Shown here one piece after another: positions 25,893 through 32,867 of a stretch of 32,867 nt of DNA. The stretch is from positions 1-32,867 of the forward strand of contig JAZAMN010000026.1 in assembly GCA_036229005.1 (NCBI GenBank), in the 5' to 3' direction. Every line of letters begins with the position of its first letter. Position 1 is the stretch's first letter. The notes under the pieces are model-generated. The model was not told the origin of the DNA. It worked only from the letters and a program-made list of their open reading frames with translations, and did no database searches. A program made the position numbers and the translations under genes. The DNA comes from Myxococcota bacterium. Its GTDB lineage: Bacteria; Myxococcota_A; UBA796; CAJQPC01.

Positions 25893-26117
25893 TCAGAAGC
25901 CCTTGCGCCCCTCGTTCGCGTCCATCACGAGCTGCGGCATCATGAAGGCGTCCACCAGGGTGCCGATGCCGCAGAGTCCGCCGGTGCACAGCCAGAGCAG
26001 CCCGCTGCCGATCCGGCCCACGTAGAGCCGGTGCAGCCCCGCCACGCCAAACCAACTGGCCACCCACAGGATGTAGGCGATCGACGCCTGGCGCTTTTGA
26101 ACGACGAGCTCGGACAC
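25893..26117 (-). CDS. TM2 (NINE) domain small membrane protein
   Basis: AYILW...GVAGLHRLYVGRIGSGLLWLCTGG..GIG..VD; GGAGG SD. Confidence 0.88.
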   Translation of the reverse strand: MSELVVQKRQASIAYILWVASWFGVAGLHRLYVGRIGSGLLWLCTGGLCGIGTLVDAFMMPQLVMDANEGRKGF

Positions 26118-26182
26118 GGTCCCTCCAGATGGGCTCAGGGCTTGTACACCCTGTTACGCCAGAGCGCCTGGAGTATTTGCCC

Positions 26183-26722
26183 ATGATCGAGTCCTTCCGC
26201 GAGCACAGTCCCCACCTTGAGCCCGGCGCATGGGTACACCAGAGCGCCACCGTCATCGGTCAGGTCAGCCTGGGTGAGAACGTCAGCATCTGGCCTGGCA
26301 CCGTCCTGCGTGGCGACATGGGCCGCATCCAGATCGGCGCCAACTCCAACATCCAGGACGGCAGCGTCGCCCACATGACCGATGGCCTCTCAAGCTGCGT
26401 CATCGGCGAGCGCGTGACCGTCGGACACCGCGCCATCCTCCACGGCTGCAAGGTCGGGAACGACTGCCTCATTGGGATGGGGGCCATCCTGCTGGACAAC
26501 TGCGTCATCCCGGATGGCTGCGTCGTCGGGGCTGGTGCGCTCGTCACGGGCGGCAAGACCTTCCCCCCGGGCAGCCTCATCCTCGGCTCTCCCGCCAAGG
26601 CTGTGGGCCCCGTGAAGGCCGGCCAGCAACAGTGGATCGCCTATAGCTGGAAGCACTACCTCGACACCGCAGTGCACTACGAAGGCCACCCCGGACTCGC
26701 CCCGGACCAGGGTGGGGATTGA
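26183..26722 (+). CDS. Gamma carbonic anhydrase family hexapeptide-repeat protein (YrdA-like)
   Basis: VIGQVSLG, VLRGD, SNIQDG..H, TVGHRAILHGC, IGMGAILLD, GSPAK. Confidence 0.92.
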   Translation: MIESFREHSPHLEPGAWVHQSATVIGQVSLGENVSIWPGTVLRGDMGRIQIGANSNIQDGSVAHMTDGLSSCVIGERVTVGHRAILHGCKVGNDCLIGMGAILLDNCVIPDGCVVGAGALVTGGKTFPPGSLILGSPAKAVGPVKAGQQQWIAYSWKHYLDTAVHYEGHPGLAPDQGGD

Positions 26723-26858
26723 CGCGTCAAGTCCTCGGAGTTCCATCGTTTTCTCCGTGTGACTTCGCCTTGCATGCAGGGCGCTGAACCGGTACTTTCG
26801 GGCCACCTCACCGGGCGCTCCTCCCAGGCGCCCACCCCGCTCCGCAGGCCCTCCGCAG

Positions 26859-29800
26859 ATGCGCATCCGCAAGCTCGAGCTTCAGGGCTTCAAGTCCTTC
26901 GCCGACCGCCAGACCTTCCACTTCGGCAACGGGATCGCCGGGGTTGTCGGTCCCAACGGCTGCGGCAAGTCCAACGTCGTGGACGCGGTCAAGTGGGTCA
27001 TCGGAGAGCAGTCCGCCAAGAGCCTCCGTGGCTCGGCCATGCAGGACGTCATCTTCAACGGCTCGGCCACCCGCAAGCGCGTGGGCCTGGCCGAGGTCAT
27101 CATCACCTTCGTCGCAGAAGGGGAGCCCTTCCCGGGTGACTACGCCCGCCTCGAAGAGCTGCAGATCGGCCGGCGGCTCTACCGCGACGGCACCTCCGAG
27201 TACCTGCTGGCCGGCGTCCGGGTCCGTCGCAAGGACATCGTCAACCTGCTGATGGACACCGGTGTCGGCAACAAGCTCTACAGCTTCATCGAGCAGGGGC
27301 AGATCGGCCAGATCGTCCAGGCCCGGCCCGAACAGCGCCGCGGACTGCTGGAGGAGGCCGCGGGCATCTCCCGCTTCAAGGCCCGCAAGGACGAGGCGGA
27401 GCAGAAGCTCGAGGCCACGCTCGCCAACCTGGAGCGGGTCTCCGATGTCGCAGACGAAATGGGCCGCCGCCTGCGGGTGCTTGAGCGCCAGGTGGTCAAG
27501 GCCGCCAAGCACAAGCGCTACTCCGCGCAGATCCGCCAGGGCGAGATCTTCTTGGGGCTGGTCCAATACAGCGAGCTCCTCGAAGACCGCAAGGCCCTCG
27601 GCCAGCGCTTCGGCACCGAATCCGCGCGGCTGCGCGCCCTGGCCAAGGAGCTGGAGCAGCGGGAGCATGAGCTCGCGGGCCGGAAGCAGGAGATCCAGCT
27701 CCTCGCGCGGGCCGTCGGGCGGCTCCGGGATGAGCTCTCGGAGCTCGAGGCCAGTCGCCGCGAGACCGAGAGCGCCCGGCACTACCAGGACAAGGAAGCC
27801 AAGCAGCTCGACACGCGCCTGCAGGTCCTGGCGCATGACCTCTCCGAAGCCCGGATGCAGCTTGAGACCGGCAAGACCGAGGCCGAGCGCCTGGAGCAGG
27901 AGCTCAAGGACGCCCAGGATGCCTACCAGGACCGGGCCAAGGCCATGGCAGAGCTGCAGCAGCGCGCCGACTCCGAGGCCCGGGAGCTCGCGCGCGTTCG
28001 CGCTCAGGTAGAGGACGGAAAGCGCAAGGTCATGGGGCTCGTCACCGCCCTGGTCCGGAGGCGCGCCCGCATCGAAGCGGATCAGCGCCGCGAGACCGAG
28101 ATCCAGGAGCGCCTGGGCAGCTTCCTGCGAGACCGCGAGAAGGTACAGAATGACCTCTCCAGCGTCCAGAGCGGGCTCGCGGACGCCGAGCGGGCCGTCC
28201 AGGAAGCCCAGGCCCTGCGCGAGGCCCGGAACCAGGCAGTCGTGGAGGCCCAGCAGGCCGCCCAGGCCGCTCAGCGGGAGCTGTCTGACATCTCGCGCCA
28301 GCTCTCCCAGGCCGACCGTCGCGTGACCGACGCCGAGCGTGTCCTGGCTCGGACCGAGGCCCGCCATCAGTCGCTCCAGGAGCTCGCGGACAGCCACTCA
28401 GGCGTGGAAGGCGGCGCCCGCAAGCTGCTCAACCGGGGCCTCTCCCAGGGCGTGCTGGCCGAGCACCTGGACGTCACCGAAGCGCTGGAGGCCAACCTCA
28501 CCGCCGCTCTGGACGGCGGCTTGGAGACCCTGCTCTTCAAGGACCCAGACGCCCTCCTCAAGGCCGCGGCGCAGGCCAAGGATGGCGGGCGGGCTGCGCT
28601 GCTCATGGTCCCCGAGAGCGCCGAGCCGCAGGGCCTCGCCTCGGAGATCGGTGGCAGTGAGCTCGGGCGCAACGCTGTCTCCGCCTTGCTCGGGGACACC
28701 CGGGTGGTCGACACCGTCAAGGATGCCCTGGACATCCCCCTCGGCGTTCGGGTGGTCGTCCGCGACAGCGGCCTGCGCCTGGAGAACGGCGTCTTCCTGG
28801 TCGGAAAGGCCGGCAAGGGGGCCGGAGCCTCCCTCCTCAAGCGTCGCCGGGAGCTGCGCGAGCTCGCCGAGCGGATCGAGATCGAGCGCGGAGACGTCGA
28901 GGCCGCCAAGGAGGCCACGGTCACCCTCCGGGAGGCCCTCAAGACCGCCCGGGAGAAGGCCAAGGCCGGAGAGGCCAACATCGAGCGCCTGCGCATGGAG
29001 CTGCGGGAGGCCGAGCGCGATCTTGGTGAGGCCCGCCATGGCGTCCGGGATGTGGAGCGGGAGATCCGCGCCCGCGAAGAGCGCGCCCGAGCCCTCGCCA
29101 CCGAAGAGGGCCGCCTGCGCGCACGCCTTGAAGCTGTGCAGGCCGAGATGCGCTCTGAGACCGAGGCCATCTCCCGCGATGAGGCCCGCCAGGAGGAGGC
29201 GGAGCTTGCCCTCAAGGGGGTTCAGGCTGAGCTCGTCGAGCGCGAGGCCTCCAGCACCGCCGCCCGGGAGCGACTGCTGGCCGTCCGCGGCGAGACCAGC
29301 GGCTTCCAGGAGCGGGTACGCACCCTCGAGCAGGCCGTCCAGAGCGCTCGGCGCCAGCGCGATGAGGCCCAGAGGCGGAGCAATCGCCTGGAGAAGGAGC
29401 AGTCCAAGTCCAGCGAGCGCATGCTCTTTCTGCGCTCCGATGACGCCCGCCTCCAGCGCAGCATCCACGAGATCGGCGAGCGCCAGAGCGAGCTCCGCGA
29501 CAAGCTGGGCATCGAGAAGGAGCGCCTGGGCAAGAGCCGCTCGGGCCTCAACGCGGACGAAGAGAAGCTCCGCGGACTGCGCGAGGGCCTCTCTCAGACC
29601 AAGGCCGAGTCCCAGCGGCTGGAGCTCAAGCTCCAGGAGGTCAAGCTGGGCATCGAGACCGTGCGCGACCGCATCGAGGGCCGCTACAACTACCGCCTCG
29701 CCGCCATGCTCGATCGCTTGGAGCGCAACGCCGCCTTCGTCCTCAAGGCCGGAGAGGCCGCCCAGGCTCAGGTCCCCATCCCCGGGCTCACCTTGGACGA

Positions 29801-30494
29801 GGTCGCCGACCTCCGGATCACCCCCGAGCTCCTCCGGGACCCCGCCGCGGTCAAGGCCTGGGTCGCCCAGCTCGAGCACTCCCGCGACGCCCTCCAGCGC
29901 CTGGGGGACGTCAACCTCGCCGCCTTCGAGGAGTACGCCGAGGTCTCCGAGCGCCACAAGTGGCTCGCCGAGCAGCAGGAGGACCTCGAGAAGTCCGTCG
30001 AGTCCATCCGCAAGACCATCGCCAAGATCAACAAGACCTGCCGCGAGCGCTTCCGCGACGCCTTCGACCGCGTCAACGCCTACTTCAAGGACATCTACCC
30101 CCGCCTGGTCGGTGGCGGACAGGCCCGTCTCAGCCTCACCGACCAAGAGGATCTCCTGGAGACCGGCGTCGAGATCTTCGTTCAGCCGCCCGGAAAGCGC
30201 CTGCAGAACCTCAACCTCCTCTCTGGCGGAGAGAAGGCCATGTGCGCCATCGCGCTGCTCTTCTCCCTCTTCAAGGTCAAGCCCTCTCCCTTCTGCCTGC
30301 TGGACGAGGTCGACGCCCCCCTGGACGAGGGCAACGGTGCCCGCTTCAACAGCGTGCTACAGGAGATGAGCAGCCTGACGCAGTTCATCGTGATCACCCA
30401 CAACAAGAAGACCATGGAAGTCGTCGACACCCTCTACGGCGTGACCATGCCCGAGGCCGGGTCGTCCCGCCTCGTCTCGGTTCAGGTGGACTGA
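26859..30494 (+). CDS. smc: Chromosome segregation protein SMC
   Basis: GFKSF, Walker A GPNGCGKSN, IEQGQI, long coiled coils, LSGGEK signature, Walker B LLDEVDAPLD, FIVITH. Confidence 0.98.
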   Translation: MRIRKLELQGFKSFADRQTFHFGNGIAGVVGPNGCGKSNVVDAVKWVIGEQSAKSLRGSAMQDVIFNGSATRKRVGLAEVIITFVAEGEPFPGDYARLEELQIGRRLYRDGTSEYLLAGVRVRRKDIVNLLMDTGVGNKLYSFIEQGQIGQIVQARPEQRRGLLEEAAGISRFKARKDEAEQKLEATLANLERVSDVADEMGRRLRVLERQVVKAAKHKRYSAQIRQGEIFLGLVQYSELLEDRKALGQRFGTESARLRALAKELEQREHELAGRKQEIQLLARAVGRLRDELSELEASRRETESARHYQDKEAKQLDTRLQVLAHDLSEARMQLETGKTEAERLEQELKDAQDAYQDRAKAMAELQQRADSEARELARVRAQVEDGKRKVMGLVTALVRRRARIEADQRRETEIQERLGSFLRDREKVQNDLSSVQSGLADAERAVQEAQALREARNQAVVEAQQAAQAAQRELSDISRQLSQADRRVTDAERVLARTEARHQSLQELADSHSGVEGGARKLLNRGLSQGVLAEHLDVTEALEANLTAALDGGLETLLFKDPDALLKAAAQAKDGGRAALLMVPESAEPQGLASEIGGSELGRNAVSALLGDTRVVDTVKDALDIPLGVRVVVRDSGLRLENGVFLVGKAGKGAGASLLKRRRELRELAERIEIERGDVEAAKEATVTLREALKTAREKAKAGEANIERLRMELREAERDLGEARHGVRDVEREIRAREERARALATEEGRLRARLEAVQAEMRSETEAISRDEARQEEAELALKGVQAELVEREASSTAARERLLAVRGETSGFQERVRTLEQAVQSARRQRDEAQRRSNRLEKEQSKSSERMLFLRSDDARLQRSIHEIGERQSELRDKLGIEKERLGKSRSGLNADEEKLRGLREGLSQTKAESQRLELKLQEVKLGIETVRDRIEGRYNYRLAAMLDRLERNAAFVLKAGEAAQAQVPIPGLTLDEVADLRITPELLRDPAAVKAWVAQLEHSRDALQRLGDVNLAAFEEYAEVSERHKWLAEQQEDLEKSVESIRKTIAKINKTCRERFRDAFDRVNAYFKDIYPRLVGGGQARLSLTDQEDLLETGVEIFVQPPGKRLQNLNLLSGGEKAMCAIALLFSLFKVKPSPFCLLDEVDAPLDEGNGARFNSVLQEMSSLTQFIVITHNKKTMEVVDTLYGVTMPEAGSSRLVSVQVD

Positions 30495-31568
30495 GTGGAT
30501 CCCGCCCTGATCGGAGGCGTCACCGGCGCCGTCGTCGCCATCGTCGTCGCGGTGGTCCTCAGCTTGCGGGCCCGGAACAGCAAGCAGCTCACCGACGGGG
30601 ATCTTGAGCCCTCCGACTCCTCTACACCCGCCTCCACCAGCGAGGTCACCCCGGCGCCCACCGGCCCCAGCGTCCTGGATCGCTTCCGGGCAGGCCTCGC
30701 GCGCACCACGGACTCCCTGGGGCTCGCGCGCATCTTTGGCCAGAAGGTGGACGAGTCCCTCTTCGAGGATCTCGAGACCGCCCTCATCTCCGCCGATGTC
30801 GGCATCAAGACCACCACGGCCGTCCTGGACACCCTCCGCAAGACCGCCCGGGAGCAGAAGATCCAGGACGGGGACACCCTGCGCCTGGCCCTCATCGACC
30901 AGCTCAAGGCCAGCGCGGCCCGCTTCGACCCCAGCCTGAACGCCTCACCCGCCGGTGAGCCGCACGTGATTCTGGTCGTCGGGGTCAACGGAGCCGGCAA
31001 GACCACCACCATCGGCAAGCTCTCCCACCGCTTCAAGGAGGAGGGCAAGAAGGTGGTCTTGGGTGCCGGGGACACCTTCCGGGCTGGCGCGATCCAGCAG
31101 CTCCAGGCTTGGGGAGAGCGCACCGGCGTCGAGGTCATCGCCCACCAGGAGGGGGGGGACCCCGCGGCCGTCCTCTTTGACACCCTCAAGGCCGCCAAGG
31201 CCCGGGGGGCCGATGTCGTCATCTGCGACACCGCGGGCCGCCTCCAGTCCAAGAAGCCCCTGATGCAGGAGCTCGGCAAGGTCACCCGCGTCGTCGCGAA
31301 GGCACAGCCAGGCGCCCCCCATGAGGTCCTCCTCGTCCTGGACGGGACCATGGGGCAGAACGCCTTGTCTCAGGCCAAGACCTTCACCGAGGTCACGGGC
31401 GTCACGGGGCTGGTGGTCACCAAGCTCGATGGCACAGCCAAGGGGGGCGTGGTGCTCGCAGTCCAGGAGCAGACCGGGCTGCCCATCAAGTTCATCGGAA
31501 TCGGGGAGGGGACTCTGGACCTGCGCCCCTTTGACGGGGACGCCTTCATCGAGGCTCTGCTCTCCTGA
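30495..31568 (+). CDS. ftsY: Signal recognition particle receptor FtsY
   Basis: GVNGAGKTTTIGKL, DTFRAGA, DTAGR, DGTMGQN, TKLDGTAKGG, IGIGE. Confidence 0.97.
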   Translation: MDPALIGGVTGAVVAIVVAVVLSLRARNSKQLTDGDLEPSDSSTPASTSEVTPAPTGPSVLDRFRAGLARTTDSLGLARIFGQKVDESLFEDLETALISADVGIKTTTAVLDTLRKTAREQKIQDGDTLRLALIDQLKASAARFDPSLNASPAGEPHVILVVGVNGAGKTTTIGKLSHRFKEEGKKVVLGAGDTFRAGAIQQLQAWGERTGVEVIAHQEGGDPAAVLFDTLKAAKARGADVVICDTAGRLQSKKPLMQELGKVTRVVAKAQPGAPHEVLLVLDGTMGQNALSQAKTFTEVTGVTGLVVTKLDGTAKGGVVLAVQEQTGLPIKFIGIGEGTLDLRPFDGDAFIEALLS

Positions 31569-31639
31569 GCCTCGCCCGGGGGCCCTCCGTCTGCCTGCGC
31601 GGCGCTTCGCGGTTAGCTTGCCAGCACACCGGAGGTTCC

Positions 31640-31954
31640 GTGGCCACGCAGATCACGATTCGAGGGCGCCAATACACCCTTCGCAGCGACGAGCCCAGCG
31701 AGGACGTCGAGGCCGTGGCCGCCTATGTCGACCGGAAGATGGCGGAGATCGCCCGCAGCTCTTTCGACGAATACACCGTCGCGCTGCTGGCCTGTCTGAA
31801 CGTCGCTTCCGAGTTCCACCGCTTCCGCAAGCGCGTCAACGCCGATCTCGAAGAGCTCGACAAGGAGGCTGGCGCGATCGGCGCGATCCTCGAGGCTGCC
31901 CTCCCCGAAGAGGTCGCCCCGGACGAGGAAGAAGCCCAAGCGGAGCAGGCTTGA
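31640..31954 (+). CDS. zapA: Cell division protein ZapA
   Basis: ITIRGRQYTL, VAAYVDRKM, ALLACLNVASE plus C-terminal coiled coil; GGAGG SD. Confidence 0.85.
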   Translation: MATQITIRGRQYTLRSDEPSEDVEAVAAYVDRKMAEIARSSFDEYTVALLACLNVASEFHRFRKRVNADLEELDKEAGAIGAILEAALPEEVAPDEEEAQAEQA

Positions 31955-32382
31955 ACCCGACCTGGCGGGATCGCGGCCTGGCGCTCCTGCTGGGGGCTCC
32001 GGCCTGGACGATCCTGGGGATCGCGCTCTCCCTGAGCCCCGATCCCATCGGGCACGGCACGCACAAGCAGCTCGGCCTGGGCACCTGCAGCATCCTGTCC
32101 TGGACCGGGTACCCGTGCCCCATGTGCGGCATGACCACCACGTTCACGCACATGGCGCACCTCCAGTGGTGGCAGGCCCTCAAGACCCAGCCTTTTGGGG
32201 TGGTGCTCTTCCTGTTGACCTTGGTCACCGGGATCCTGGCGATCGCCGAGATCGCGATCCCCAAGGGCCGCTTCAAGGCAATCTGGGCCTGGATCATGGA
32301 GCGGGAGCTGGCCGTCTCAGCCGGCCTGGTGGCTGGTCTCCTGGCGGGCTGGGGCTACAAGCTGCTCATCTGGCCGCTTTGA
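31951..32382 (+). CDS. DUF2752-like membrane protein
   Basis: TTG overlapping the zapA stop; GTHKQLGLGTC...TGYPCPMCGMTT motif plus three TM helices. Confidence 0.8.
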   Translation: MNPTWRDRGLALLLGAPAWTILGIALSLSPDPIGHGTHKQLGLGTCSILSWTGYPCPMCGMTTTFTHMAHLQWWQALKTQPFGVVLFLLTLVTGILAIAEIAIPKGRFKAIWAWIMERELAVSAGLVAGLLAGWGYKLLIWPL

Positions 32383-32384
32383 CG

Positions 32385-32540
32385 ATCGGGGATCTTCTTC
32401 CTGGAAGAGGGCAGGGGAAGGTGGCTTTCGCCTCTGTCCTCAACGCATCGGGTTGCGGGGTGATGGCCCCCTGTTAAAAGGCGGGGGCTCCGAAACGAGG
32501 TCAACGCGACCCGGACTTCGGAGCGACGGTCTCTCCGGCC
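32385..32540 (+). ncRNA. Candidate structured RNA (possibly 6S-like) downstream of zapA-DUF2752
   Basis: Stems 32407-32417/32431-32441, 32448-32457/32505-32514 and 32465-32471/32483-32489, whose non-Watson-Crick positions are all G-U on the plus strand. Confidence 0.3.
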
Positions 32541-32553
32541 TCAACAAATCGGT

Positions 32554-32582
32554 TTGACGCCCAAGCGGCACACCGATAGAAG
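32554..32582 (+). promoter_or_regulatory. rrn P1-like sigma70 promoter
   Basis: TTGACG-17 nt-TAGAAG. Confidence 0.6.
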
Positions 32583-32646
32583 CCGGGGGCTCAACTCGCT
32601 GAGAGCTTCATCCGATGAACACAGCGAGTCGTCGAAAGAAACTGCC

Positions 32647-32675
32647 TTGACGCTTCGGTGTTGGCAGGATAAGAC
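32647..32675 (+). promoter_or_regulatory. rrn P2-like sigma70 promoter
   Basis: TTGACG-17 nt-TAAGAC followed by a GC-rich discriminator GGCGGGG. Confidence 0.65.
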
Positions 32676-32727
32676 GGCGGGGCCAAAAACGGCAGGGTCG
32701 CTCGAAAAGAGCACTGAACGCCCTCCC

Positions 32728-32739
32728 GGTCTTTGAAAA
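32728..32739 (+). promoter_or_regulatory. rrn leader boxA antitermination site
   Basis: GGTCTTTGAAAA resembles the boxA consensus (TGCTCTTTAACA / GNTCTTTGAAAA). Confidence 0.75.
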
Positions 32740-32803
32740 ATAGGTAACAGCTCTGTTGATTCTTATAGAGTAAGTAAGCTGGAATCTAAACCAGCCAGTT
32801 TTT

Positions 32804-32867
<64 letters not shown>

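Noticed and set aside
26183..26722. Gamma-carbonic anhydrase as a carboxysome (CcmM-like) component supporting the BMC idea
   Set aside because: Single-domain YrdA-like protein without small-subunit-like repeats, widespread, and separated from the deo operon by an opposite-strand gene.
31321..31950. Upstream extension of the DUF2752 ORF
   Set aside because: Overlaps ftsY and zapA in another frame.

Overview
High-GC bacterial chromosomal window. The organism is probably Myxococcota-like; this is an inference from the Hanks kinases with PEGA/DWG motifs, the PilB-REC fusion and the many lipoproteins. Housekeeping genes (purH, argS, smc, ftsY, zapA and the 5' end of a 16S rRNA gene with tandem promoters and boxA) are interleaved with signalling genes (two Ser/Thr kinases, an LMW phosphatase, and a histidine kinase coupled to an MshEN-PilB/GspE-receiver fusion), a deoC-pdp-nupC nucleoside catabolism operon, and several secreted proteins or lipoproteins of unknown function. 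The most notable observations are: (1) DeoC has an N-terminal amphipathic helix plus linker resembling a bacterial-microcompartment encapsulation peptide, although no shell genes are in the window; (2) five lipoprotein-like ORFs have ultra-short signal peptides without Lys/Arg (Cys at residue 8-11); (3) two highly palindromic intergenic elements, one a three-copy covarying repeat whose last hairpin includes the purH stop codon; (4) TANNNT boxes 6-7 nt before several start codons suggest leaderless mRNAs; (5) an Ig-repeat protein with a C-terminal beta-barrel is coupled to a metzincin lipoprotein. All calls come from motif reading; no database searches were run.
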